From assembly GCA_030583845.1 (NCBI GenBank), contig CP129478.1, forward strand, positions 587,686 to 651,685: a DNA stretch of 64,000 bases, written 5' to 3'. The notes under the pieces are model-generated. The model saw nothing but the letters and a program-made list of their open reading frames with translations, had not been told where the DNA came from and did not search any database. The DNA is from Candidatus Dojkabacteria bacterium. GTDB lineage: Bacteria > Patescibacteriota > Dojkabacteria > SC72 > JAHDCA01. The translations under genes were made by a program, and so were the position numbers. This document shows positions 1 to 8,706 of the stretch, piece by piece; within the stretch, counting starts at the first letter, position 1, and every line of letters starts with the position of its first letter.

Positions 1-471
1 CAAATTGCAGCAGCTGGAGGATATGCCACCTCAGTTGGTACATATCGCAACTTTGGAGCTGCTCCTGGATGGAATGTATACAACCAGCGCGGAGATCAGG
101 CATATTCCGATGATTTCGCATTCGTGCCTAACGACGCGGTCTACATTGTGGTTCAGCAAGAGGCCACTTTGCAGTTTAGAGGCTCTACATATGTAGACCC
201 GGTCGATACATATCTAAAGCCGGGTTGGAATCTAATCGCGCTCAAGGGTAGCAACAGCCAGTACAGCATCCAGACATTGTTAGCCACGATAAATGAGCAG
301 ACAGGTGTAAATGCAAGGGTTGGAGCGATCTGGAGTCAGGGCAAGGGTAAGTACGATACATTTGTATTAGAGGTGGATGGGGATATTTATGGCGCGAATT
401 TTATTGTGCCTGATGATGTGGGTGTGTTTATATTCGTAGATTCGGGGTCGGGCTATTGGACGCCGGAGTAG
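1..471 (+). CDS. 3' fragment of a surface-protein paralog; the gene starts upstream of the window. Carries the conserved C-terminal domain shared with ORFs 23218-24399 and 24782-27853.
   Basis: Frame 1 is open from base 1 (QIAAAGGYATSVGTYRNFGAAPGWNVYNQ...). The C-terminal pattern GWNL..GSNS..YS...L....N..T...A.V...W......Y......Y..NF.V......F.F...G.G.W.P matches the tails of the two large Cys-rich proteins. Confidence 0.55.
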   Translation, partial: QIAAAGGYATSVGTYRNFGAAPGWNVYNQRGDQAYSDDFAFVPNDAVYIVVQQEATLQFRGSTYVDPVDTYLKPGWNLIALKGSNSQYSIQTLLATINEQTGVNARVGAIWSQGKGKYDTFVLEVDGDIYGANFIVPDDVGVFIFVDSGSGYWTPE

Positions 472-475
472 CCTC

Positions 476-510
476 TTGACTTACGACTATAATACGACTA
501 TAATACGACT
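476..510 (+). promoter_or_regulatory. Sigma70-like promoter for fic: TTGACT, 17-nt spacer, TATAAT, with only 6 nt between the -10 box and the ATG (likely leaderless transcript).
   Basis: TTGACT at 476-481 and TATAAT at 499-504. A second TATAAT at 488-493 is created by the tandem repeat. Confidence 0.4.
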
Positions 511-512
511 AT
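482..512 (+). repeat. Tandem 11-bp repeat TACGACTATAA x ~2.8.
   Basis: Reads tacgactataa tacgactataa tacgactatg directly in the sequence. Confidence 0.7.
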
Positions 513-1542
513 GTTTTCACCTAGGTATACGATAACTGACGCTCTTGCCACCAATATGCGCGAGATCGGTAAGATTATCGGTGAGCTTAACAGTAAAGTG
601 CTTTCAAGTACCGTTCTGACGGATATGGAGCGAGACGCACGTGTATTGTCGGCTCATTCCTCAACTCAAATAGAAGGTAATCCGTTGCCCCTCACCGACG
701 TAAAGAAGATCATCAAATCTAGGCCAGAGAATTTGCGGGATACCGAGCGAGAAATTCTGAATTACAACAAAGCAATTTTAATGCTCGATGAGGATATTAG
801 GTCCGCAAAAGTATCTGATCTATCCAACGTGTACATCTGCAAGATTCAAAGTGTTGTGATGAATGACCTAATAAGTCAGCCATACAACGGTAAATACAGA
901 ACTGAGCCTGTGTTTGTAAATGATCCAGTAAAAGGTGAGACAATCTATTTGCCTCCTGATGCCAAAGATGTAGAGCCTTTGATGAATGAATTAATTGTAT
1001 TTATAAATGAAAGTAAAAAACGAGTTGACCCTCTAATTATTGCAGGGCTATTTCATAAACAGGCAGTGATAATTCATCCGTTTATGGACGGTAATGGCCG
1101 GACTACTCGGTTGGTCACAAAAATGTTGCTAGCAGAGCTAGGTATTAACACTTTTCCACTGTTCAGCTTTGAGAATTACTATAACAAGAATGTTACAAAC
1201 TATTTTAAGAATGTTGGGGTTTTCGGTAACTACTACGAAATTGCTGAGAATATCAATTTTACAGAATGGTTGGAATATTTCGCGATTGGAATCATTGATG
1301 AATTGAATCGTGTGAAGTCGCAATTGCCACAATATGAGGAGAGAATTGAGTCTCATCACAAAAAGATACTAGAGTATATTAAAGAGCATGGCTCTATAAC
1401 GATGAGAGAGTACGAGGGTATTACGGATAGAGCAAGGGCGACGAGAATAATGGATTTTAAGAGGTTAGTAGATTTAGAGATGATTAGCTCTGTGGGTGTA
1501 GGCAAGTCAACGTACTATGTTTTAAAAAGGCATAGCTCGTGA
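511..1542 (+). CDS. fic: Fic family protein (putative AMPylase/adenylyltransferase), class II with an N-terminal inhibitory motif.
   Basis: Canonical Fic motif HPFMDGNGRTTR. An upstream STQIEGN matches the (S/T)xxxE(G/N) inhibitory helix motif. Confidence 0.85.
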   Translation: MFSPRYTITDALATNMREIGKIIGELNSKVLSSTVLTDMERDARVLSAHSSTQIEGNPLPLTDVKKIIKSRPENLRDTEREILNYNKAILMLDEDIRSAKVSDLSNVYICKIQSVVMNDLISQPYNGKYRTEPVFVNDPVKGETIYLPPDAKDVEPLMNELIVFINESKKRVDPLIIAGLFHKQAVIIHPFMDGNGRTTRLVTKMLLAELGINTFPLFSFENYYNKNVTNYFKNVGVFGNYYEIAENINFTEWLEYFAIGIIDELNRVKSQLPQYEERIESHHKKILEYIKEHGSITMREYEGITDRARATRIMDFKRLVDLEMISSVGVGKSTYYVLKRHSS

Positions 1543-1612
1543 GGTAGGGAATCGTCGTGTTATGGACATAGCGCTGTTTGCGTGCTACAATAATCTCGGA
1601 AGTTATGTAGGG

Positions 1613-1640
1613 AAGGTGAGTTTAGGCTCACCTTTTTTTT
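1613..1640 (+). terminator. Rho-independent terminator after fic.
   Basis: AAGGTGAG-tttagg-CTCACC hairpin followed by T8. Confidence 0.6.
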
Positions 1641-1761
1641 ACCCCGATGATTTGTGACCTGTTGATTGAGAGTTGAGGGTAACTTCACACTCTTAACCAC
1701 GCGGTTTACATAAATCTGTTATCATAATTCCGACAGAAATAAATTTTACATTTCATTAAAA

Positions 1762-3030
1762 ATGGCTTTAGTATCAGAATTCTTAGCTGCAATAAATCAG
1801 ATCGCATCAGAGCGAGGCATCGACCCTGAAGAGGTATTTCAGGCTCTTGAGGCTGCTGTCGCCGCTGCATACCGCAAGGAGTACGGTGGAACAGAAGAGA
1901 GCGTCAGAGTTGAATTAGACCGCGACGATGGGAAATTTAAGGTGATCGCCAACAAAGAGGTTGTGGCCAAAGTTGAAGATGAGTTCACACAGATCTCGCT
2001 CAAGCAGGCAAAAGCAATCGAGGATTCACTCGAGATTGGTGACTCGGTTGAGATCGAGCAGGAGGTAGAAGACTTCGGCCGAATCGCAGCCCAGACAGCC
2101 AAGCAGGTTATCATGCAGAAAGTACGTGACTCTGAGAAAGAGGCAGTGCTTGCAGAATATAGCGGCAAGGTTGGCGAAGTATTCGCTGCCATGATGCAGC
2201 GAATGCAGTATGGCGACGCAGTTTTTGAAATCGGCAAAGCGATGGCATTCATGCCACCAGAAGAGCAGATCTCTAGCGAATTTTACAGAATCGGTGAGAG
2301 ATACAAGGTATTGCTCAAAGATATTGCAGATACACCAAAAGGGAAGACATTGATTGTGTCAAGGAGTGCCCCTAACTTCCTGATTGAGCTTTTCAAGATG
2401 GAGGTTCCTGAAATTGAATCTGGCGTTGTTGAAGTTAAAGCATGTGCACGTGAAGCAGGCTCAAGGAGCAAGATGGCTGTCACATCACACCAGGAAGGTG
2501 TTGATCCAATCGGTTCATGTGTAGGTCAGCGAGGTGTAAGAATCGCTAACGTTATGGCCGAACTTGGTGATGAGAAGATCGATATCATCGAGTGGCGCGA
2601 AGAGCTTTCTGAATTTGTAGAGAAGGCACTTAGCCCAGCACAGGTGATCTCAGTCGAAATCAATGGCGACCTGGCAATTGTAAAGGTTGAAGAGGATCAG
2701 CTCTCACTGGCAATCGGTAAAGATGGTCAGAATGTAAGGCTTGCAGCCAAATTGACCGGTATGAAGATCGATATCCAGGGCCCCGACGGGAAACTAGAGC
2801 GAAGGCCAAAGGGTGAAGTGAAAACCGATGATTCTGCAGCAGCAGATGATGCAGTCGCTGATGATAGCGCAACTACAGATGGGTCAGCTTTGGACGCAGC
2901 ACTCGTTAAGAAATTAGAAAAGGCTGGAAAGACAGCAGATGATGTTAAGGGTTGGAGCGTTGAGCAGTTAATGGAGCTTGATGGAATTGGTAAGGCAACA
3001 GCAGAGAAGATCAACAAGGCTTTGAACTAA
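1762..3030 (+). CDS. nusA: Transcription termination/antitermination factor NusA.
   Basis: The N-terminal MALVSEFLAAINQIASERGI... matches the typical NusA N-terminus. S1 and KH regions are present, and the C-terminal LMELDGIGKATAEKI is HhH-like. Confidence 0.9.
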   Translation: MALVSEFLAAINQIASERGIDPEEVFQALEAAVAAAYRKEYGGTEESVRVELDRDDGKFKVIANKEVVAKVEDEFTQISLKQAKAIEDSLEIGDSVEIEQEVEDFGRIAAQTAKQVIMQKVRDSEKEAVLAEYSGKVGEVFAAMMQRMQYGDAVFEIGKAMAFMPPEEQISSEFYRIGERYKVLLKDIADTPKGKTLIVSRSAPNFLIELFKMEVPEIESGVVEVKACAREAGSRSKMAVTSHQEGVDPIGSCVGQRGVRIANVMAELGDEKIDIIEWREELSEFVEKALSPAQVISVEINGDLAIVKVEEDQLSLAIGKDGQNVRLAAKLTGMKIDIQGPDGKLERRPKGEVKTDDSAAADDAVADDSATTDGSALDAALVKKLEKAGKTADDVKGWSVEQLMELDGIGKATAEKINKALN

Positions 3031-3081
3031 GAAGGCGGATAAACTTAACGGAGCTACTACGTGAAAAAGGACCACGTTCCG

Positions 3082-3396
3082 ATGAGAACCTGTATCGTTA
3101 CGCGCGAGAAGGCTCCGAAAAGTGAGTTGATGCGGATTGTGGATAATGGTACGGTAATGCTCGACACAACCGGAAAGGTGCGCGGCCGAGGTGCAAGTAT
3201 GAAGAAAGACATCGATGTTTTTAACCTTGCGCTCGACAAAAACCATCTGGAGCGGGCTTTTAAGAGGAAGATCCACAAAGAAGAGAAAGAGAATCTGCGT
3301 GTAGAAGTTGAGAAATATCTGAGCAGGGAGAAACTACAGCCGGTTGAGGGGAAGCTGTCGGTAAGGGTGCAAGGGGAAAAAGTTAAGTTGAACTAA
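3082..3396 (+). CDS. ylxR: YlxR/DUF448 family RNA-binding protein encoded between nusA and infB.
   Basis: PMRTCIVTREKAPKSELMRIV motif at the conserved position. The ATG at 3082 follows an AAAAGGA SD-like sequence. An alternative GTG start lies at 3061. Confidence 0.7.
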   Translation: MRTCIVTREKAPKSELMRIVDNGTVMLDTTGKVRGRGASMKKDIDVFNLALDKNHLERAFKRKIHKEEKENLRVEVEKYLSREKLQPVEGKLSVRVQGEKVKLN

Positions 3397-3403
3397 GACA
3401 GCA

Positions 3404-5026
3404 GTGGCCAAAGCAAAGAAAACAGCAGAAGTTAAAGAAGTTCGAATCCCGATTGTTACAATTCTGGGCCATGTTGACCATGGTAAGACCTCTCTTCTCG
3501 ACAAAATCCGCGAAAGCAATGTACAGGCTGGTGAAGCCGGCGGCATCACACAGAAAGTGTCGGTATTTACCGTAGCAATCAATCAGAAAGATGAAAACGG
3601 CGCAAATAAGCAGATTACATTCATCGATACCCCAGGCCACGAGGCATTCGACTTGATGCGCTCTCGAGGTGGTCAGATCGCCGATGTAGTGTTGCTGATC
3701 GTAGCTGCAGATGATGGTCTCAAGCCACAAACTGAAGAGTCGATCGAAATTATCAAAGCATCAAAATCTCACCCGATCGTTGTAATCACCAAAGTCGACC
3801 TTCCTGATATCAATCTGGACAAGATCAAGCGCGAACTAAGCGTTAAAGGGATCATGGTAGAAGGAATGGGTGGAGATGTGCCTGTTGTAGAGGTATCTGC
3901 AAAAGATGGAACTGGAATAGACACACTTCTCGACACAATCAGCCTTGTAATTGATGTGCACAACTATATCGACCGAGCCGAGCTTCCAACAGGAGCTATT
4001 GGCAAGGCTTTCGTATTGGAATCAATCAAAGATGTGTCGAAGGGCAATGTCTCAACAGTAGTTATGCTTCAAGGAGATGCTTCAACAGGGAAATTCGTCG
4101 CATATGAGAAAGATGGCAACACTGTAGTAGAACGTATCAAGGGCTTCCTCTCTGAGGAGGGTGATAATGTTGATGCACTTAACACAGGCTCAGGAGGTAA
4201 GATCCTCGGCCTATCCAATCTGGTATCGCTCGGTTCAGAGATTTTCATAGTAGCTGATAATGACGCAAAAGTGGCAAAAGAGATTGTCGCCTCGAACAGG
4301 AAGATTGTTGCCGAAGAAGAAGCAGTAGTGCAGGCTGAAGGTGGCGAGGCCGATGATGAGGCAGCAGTGCTCCTCTCGCAGATGTTTGGTGCAGCCACAA
4401 CTACTGAGAATGAAGAAGAGGGTGGCAAGCTAAATGTGCTACTGAAATGCGGTTCAGAGGGTGCTCTCGAGGCAGTCCGATCCAACCTTCTATCAGTCGA
4501 TATTGAAGGATATAGCGTAAATATTGTGCTAGCAGGCGTTGGAGATATTACTCAAAGCGACATCGAGAAAGCCGCCGTGACCAAAGCAATTGTGCTTGGT
4601 TTTGAGGTGCAGGTTGATACCCGCGCAGAGGCAGAAGCTAAGAAAAGCAAGGTGCTCGTCCGCACATATGACATCGTGTATAAGCTGCTGGAAGAGATTA
4701 CCGATGCGTTGACATCAATGGCTACACCAAAAGAATCCGAAGAGGAGCTTGGTGAAGCCGAGATTCGCCAGATTTTCACATTGACTGATGGCTCACAGAT
4801 CCTTGGTGGTCGTGTAACTAAGGGACTAATCAAGCGTGGTGAGCGCTGCTATGTTGTCCGTGGCGACGATATTATTGTTGAGGGGAAGATTGTATCGTTG
4901 AGGCAGGGTAAGAATGCTGTGAATGAGGCACCTAAGGGTGCGGATTTTGGTGCTGGCATCGATCCGAAGTCGGATGATGTGAAAGAGGGGGATGTGATTT
5001 ATTGTTTCAAGGTGAATAAGAATTAG
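3404..5026 (+). CDS. infB: Translation initiation factor IF-2 (short form, G domain plus C-terminal domains only).
   Basis: GTG start. G1 motif [12 protein letters not shown] and DTPGHEAF are present. Only 540 aa, so the long N-terminal region is absent. Confidence 0.9.
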   Translation: MAKAKKTAEVKEVRIPIVTILGHVDHGKTSLLDKIRESNVQAGEAGGITQKVSVFTVAINQKDENGANKQITFIDTPGHEAFDLMRSRGGQIADVVLLIVAADDGLKPQTEESIEIIKASKSHPIVVITKVDLPDINLDKIKRELSVKGIMVEGMGGDVPVVEVSAKDGTGIDTLLDTISLVIDVHNYIDRAELPTGAIGKAFVLESIKDVSKGNVSTVVMLQGDASTGKFVAYEKDGNTVVERIKGFLSEEGDNVDALNTGSGGKILGLSNLVSLGSEIFIVADNDAKVAKEIVASNRKIVAEEEAVVQAEGGEADDEAAVLLSQMFGAATTTENEEEGGKLNVLLKCGSEGALEAVRSNLLSVDIEGYSVNIVLAGVGDITQSDIEKAAVTKAIVLGFEVQVDTRAEAEAKKSKVLVRTYDIVYKLLEEITDALTSMATPKESEEELGEAEIRQIFTLTDGSQILGGRVTKGLIKRGERCYVVRGDDIIVEGKIVSLRQGKNAVNEAPKGADFGAGIDPKSDDVKEGDVIYCFKVNKN

Positions 5027-5154
5027 AGAACAGTTAGTTACATTGGCAATTCATATGGCGATCATATATTTGCTGTCCAAGCTCCCGCTGAGGCTATATA
5101 ATCGCTTGTAGACTTTACCGCTGATGCGGGATCTAATCCATAATAAGGGGATAT

Positions 5155-6738
5155 ATGGCGAGCAACCACAAAACAGACACTACCAAAGAGCAAGAACGAG
5201 CAGAGTTGCATAGAGCGATCTGGCAGATTGCCAATGATTTGCGTGGTAGTGTCGATGGGTGGGATTTCAAGTCATATGTGCTAGGTATCCTTTTCTACCG
5301 GTTCATCAGCGAGAATCTAACAAACTATATCAACTCCGATGAACGGAGATCTAGTAAAGAAGATTTTGATTATGCAAAATTGTCAGATGAAGAGGCAGAG
5401 TTTGGCAGGGCCGATACAATTACGGAGAAGGGTTTCTATATACTGCCTAGCGAGCTCTTTGTAAATGTGTGCAGAAATGCCAGAAATGATTCTAATCTCA
5501 ACGAAACTCTATCGAGAGTATTCAACAATATCGAAAACTCCGCAAAGGGAGCTGTTAGTGAGGATGATCTAAAGGGTTTGTTTGATGATCTGGATGTTAA
5601 CTCCAACAAGCTGGGTAATACAGTTGAGAAACGTAATCAGAAGTTGGTTAAGCTCTTGGAAGCCGTAGGCAATCTCCAGCTTGGTAACTATGCTGATAAT
5701 ACTATCGATGCATTTGGTGACGCCTATGAGTATCTAATGATGATGTACGCCTCCAACGCAGGTAAATCTGGAGGTGAATTCTACACCCCTCAAGAGGTAA
5801 GCGAACTATTGGCTGAAATAACTACTGTGGGCAAGAAAGAGGTCAACAAAGTTTACGATCCAGCCTGCGGTTCCGGCTCGCTTCTGCTTAAATTTGCCAA
5901 GGTTTTGGGAAGAGAGAATGTGCGGCAGGGTTTTTTTGGTCAAGAGATCAATCTCACCACTTACAACTTATGTCGCATAAATATGTTCTTACACGACATT
6001 AACTACAACAATTTTGATGTCGCTCTTGGTGACACACTGAAAGATCCTAAGCATTGGGATGATGAACCATTCGATGCAATAGTCTCCAATCCGCCCTATT
6101 CTATTAAATGGGAAGGAGACGCTAACCCACTTCTTATCAATGACTCTCGTTTCTCACCTGCAGGTGTATTAGCACCGAAGAGCAAGGCAGACTTAGCATT
6201 TACAATGCATATGCTTTCCTGGCTCTCTACTAGTGGGACAGCAGCTATTGTTGAATTCCCAGGAGTCTTATATCGCGGGGGAGCAGAGCAAAAAATTAGA
6301 AAATATCTCATCGATAACAACTATGTAGACGCAGTTATCCAATTACCTCCAGATCTATTTTTTGGCACCACAATTGCTACCTGTGTCATAGTGCTAAAGA
6401 AGAGTAAGCAAGACAATAAGACTATCTTTATCGACGCCTCAAAGGAGTTTGTCAGGAATGGCAACAAGAATAAGCTGACAGAAGCTAATCGCAAGAAGAT
6501 CCTCGATGCTTTTAAAAACCGCACAGATGTTGATTATTTTTCTAAGCTGGTAGACAACAAAGATATTGCTGAGAATGGCTACAAAATTGCTGTATCTAGC
6601 TATGTTGTAGCCGAGGATACTCGTGAAGTGATAGATATCACCGAGCTAAATAGCAAAATCAGCCAGATAGTTGCTAGGCAGAGTGAGCTGCGAAAGGCAA
6701 TAGATGAGATTGTTTCTGATATTGAAGGGGGGGAATAG
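5155..6738 (+). CDS. hsdM: Type I restriction-modification system DNA methyltransferase subunit M.
   Basis: N6-adenine methyltransferase motif NPPY (SNPPYSIKW), an AdoMet-binding region DPACGSGSLL, and an HsdM-type N-terminus. Confidence 0.9.
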   Translation: MASNHKTDTTKEQERAELHRAIWQIANDLRGSVDGWDFKSYVLGILFYRFISENLTNYINSDERRSSKEDFDYAKLSDEEAEFGRADTITEKGFYILPSELFVNVCRNARNDSNLNETLSRVFNNIENSAKGAVSEDDLKGLFDDLDVNSNKLGNTVEKRNQKLVKLLEAVGNLQLGNYADNTIDAFGDAYEYLMMMYASNAGKSGGEFYTPQEVSELLAEITTVGKKEVNKVYDPACGSGSLLLKFAKVLGRENVRQGFFGQEINLTTYNLCRINMFLHDINYNNFDVALGDTLKDPKHWDDEPFDAIVSNPPYSIKWEGDANPLLINDSRFSPAGVLAPKSKADLAFTMHMLSWLSTSGTAAIVEFPGVLYRGGAEQKIRKYLIDNNYVDAVIQLPPDLFFGTTIATCVIVLKKSKQDNKTIFIDASKEFVRNGNKNKLTEANRKKILDAFKNRTDVDYFSKLVDNKDIAENGYKIAVSSYVVAEDTREVIDITELNSKISQIVARQSELRKAIDEIVSDIEGGE

Positions 6739-6859
6739 TATGGGAAAAATGCACGATCCATTTTCTGGGTTTCTGGGAACAACTAAACAACCCGGATTTT
6801 AAAGTACACGAATTCGTGTACTTTAAAGATAGTGATAGTTATGAGGAGTAAAAAGTGTT

Positions 6860-8083
6860 ATGTCAAAGGATAAAAGCAGAATTGAAAAACTTATCGAAGA
6901 GCTCTGTCCTGAGGGGGTAGAGTTTAAAGAATTAGCTGAAATCTTTTCGATGAAAAATGGGTATACCCCATCGAAATCCAAACCAGAATATTGGAAAGAT
7001 GGGGCAATACCTTGGTTTCGCATGGAAGATATTCGAGCGAATGGGCGCATTCTTAATGACTCTATACAGCACATCGCAGAAATTGCTGTGAAAGGGGGCA
7101 AACTTTTTCCAGCTCATTCAATCCTAGTCGCAACTTCGGCTACGATTGGTGAGCATGCACTGATCACTGTTAAACATCTTTCGAATCAGAGGTTCACTTC
7201 TCTTAGTCTTAAATCGGAGTATGTAGATCAACTAGACATGAAGTTTGCACATTACTATTGCTATGTACTTGATGAATGGTGCAGGAATAATGTTACTACA
7301 TCAAGTTTCGCCTCTGTTGATATGAACGGCTTTAGGAAATTCAAAATCCCCATCCCTCCTCTCGAAGTCCAGGAAGAAATTGTCAAAATCCTAGATAATT
7401 TTACAGAGCTGGAGGCAGAGCTGGAGGCAGAGCTGGAGGCAAGGAAGAAGCAGTATGAGTACTACCGTTCAAGGTTGATTGGATTTGATAAGTATTTGAG
7501 GTGGGTCACATTGAGTGAATTAGGGCAATTTAAATACGGGTTTACGGAGAAAGCAAAAGATTCTGGGAGTGCAAGATTCATACGCATTACAGATATCGGA
7601 GATAATGGACACATAAGAGATCAGGATATTAAGTATGTAGATATTACAGACCGTAACAAGGACTATCTTTTAACAGAAAATGATTTACTAATGGCGAGAA
7701 CTGGTGCGACCTTTGGTAAGACCCTTCTAGTAAAAGCTGAGCAACCCTCTATCTACGCATCATTCTTGATTAAGATCGATCTCGATAATTCAAAAATATT
7801 GAATCAGTTTTATTGGCACTTTACAAAAACAAGAGAATATTGGAATCAAGTTAACAATCTCGCTTCTGCAGGTGGACAACCACAATTTAACGCAAATGCA
7901 TTAAAGAAAATCAGAGTTCCAATTCCTGAGATCTCTGAGCAAAAAGACATAGTAGCCATCCTAGACAAATTCGACGCCCTCGTGAACGACATCACCATCG
8001 GACTCCCTGCCGAACTCAAAGCCCGACGACAACAGTATGAATACTATCGAGATAAACTACTAACATTCAAAGAATATGTCTGA
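6860..8083 (+). CDS. hsdS: Type I restriction-modification system specificity subunit S.
   Basis: Two target-recognition-domain halves, a central coiled-coil spacer with ELEAELEAELEA, and a conserved C-terminal LKARRQQYEYYRDKLL. Confidence 0.85.
   Translation: MSKDKSRIEKLIEELCPEGVEFKELAEIFSMKNGYTPSKSKPEYWKDGAIPWFRMEDIRANGRILNDSIQHIAEIAVKGGKLFPAHSILVATSATIGEHALITVKHLSNQRFTSLSLKSEYVDQLDMKFAHYYCYVLDEWCRNNVTTSSFASVDMNGFRKFKIPIPPLEVQEEIVKILDNFTELEAELEAELEARKKQYEYYRSRLIGFDKYLRWVTLSELGQFKYGFTEKAKDSGSARFIRITDIGDNGHIRDQDIKYVDITDRNKDYLLTENDLLMARTGATFGKTLLVKAEQPSIYASFLIKIDLDNSKILNQFYWHFTKTREYWNQVNNLASAGGQPQFNANALKKIRVPIPEISEQKDIVAILDKFDALVNDITIGLPAELKARRQQYEYYRDKLLTFKEYV
7406..7441 (+). repeat. 12-bp tandem repeat GAGCTGGAGGCA x3 inside the hsdS central spacer.
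   Basis: Three perfect copies encode (LEAE)n between the two target-recognition domains. Confidence 0.85.
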
Positions 8084-8693
8084 TCGTAACGAGATTATTT
8101 ACATATTAACAAACGAGGCGATGCCTGGATATATCAAAATTGGATTTACTCATGGCATTCTTGAGGACAGATTACGTCAGCTTGACACCACTAGCATGCC
8201 TCTGCCTTTTGAGATTTATTACGCTTGTGAAGTAGAGAATGCAAAGAAGGATGAACAATGGATGCACGAGATCTTCGGTGATAAGCGTGTACGAGACAGA
8301 CGAGAGTTCTTCAAGATGGATCCAGAACGTGCAGTTGTAGCTTTGCAAAGGATACAGGTGAGAGAAATTGGAATCTATGCAAGCATTGCGACCCCCGCCC
8401 AGCAAAAAGAAATCGCTCAAAAGAAAAGGAACCGTTCCCGCTTTGATTTCAAAAAATACGGTATAGCTGTTGGTACAGAGATCTATTTTTCCCGCGATGG
8501 TAATATAAAGGCGAAGGTGCTTGGGAAGAACAAGATCGAATTGAAAGGAATCGAAACAAGCCTTTCTAAATCAGCAGAACAATTACTAGGATTTGGACCT
8601 GTAGCAGGTACTTTATACTGGATGTACGAAGACGAAACCCTTGATGAGCGCCGCCGTCGTATGGATAGCGAAAATAACGAAAAATATGAATAA
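8076..8693 (+). CDS. T5orf172 / GIY-YIG-like domain protein embedded in the Type I RM locus.
   Basis: IYILTNEAMPGYIKIGFT...RLRQL....PLPFEIYYA...E..K.E...HEIF...R..RREFF fits the T5orf172 pattern. The position between hsdS and hsdR is common for accessory nuclease-like genes. Confidence 0.5.
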   Translation: MSDRNEIIYILTNEAMPGYIKIGFTHGILEDRLRQLDTTSMPLPFEIYYACEVENAKKDEQWMHEIFGDKRVRDRREFFKMDPERAVVALQRIQVREIGIYASIATPAQQKEIAQKKRNRSRFDFKKYGIAVGTEIYFSRDGNIKAKVLGKNKIELKGIETSLSKSAEQLLGFGPVAGTLYWMYEDETLDERRRRMDSENNEKYE

Positions 8694-8706
8694 CAAGAGA
8701 TACAAC

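Noticed and set aside
481-510. Similarity of TAATACGACT... to the bacteriophage T7 promoter, and of TATAGTGAG in the family B repeats to its reverse complement.
   Set aside because: Only the first 10 nt match. The rest of the T7 consensus (CACTATAGGG) is absent, and there is no T7-like RNA polymerase. The matches follow from AT-rich tandem repeats and palindromes.
1839-4833. Multiple antisense ORFs (for example 1839-2252, 2727-3017, 4069-4485 and 4552-4833 on the minus strand) inside nusA and infB.
   Set aside because: They lie opposite well-supported conserved genes. They are Ser/Pro/Ala-rich mirror translations of GC-rich sense codons, without starts or RBS context.
8641-8706. Upstream ATG at 8641 as the hsdR start.
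   Set aside because: It would overlap the T5orf172 gene by 53 nt. The ATG at 8707 has an AAGAGA RBS-like sequence and gives a typical HsdR N-terminus.
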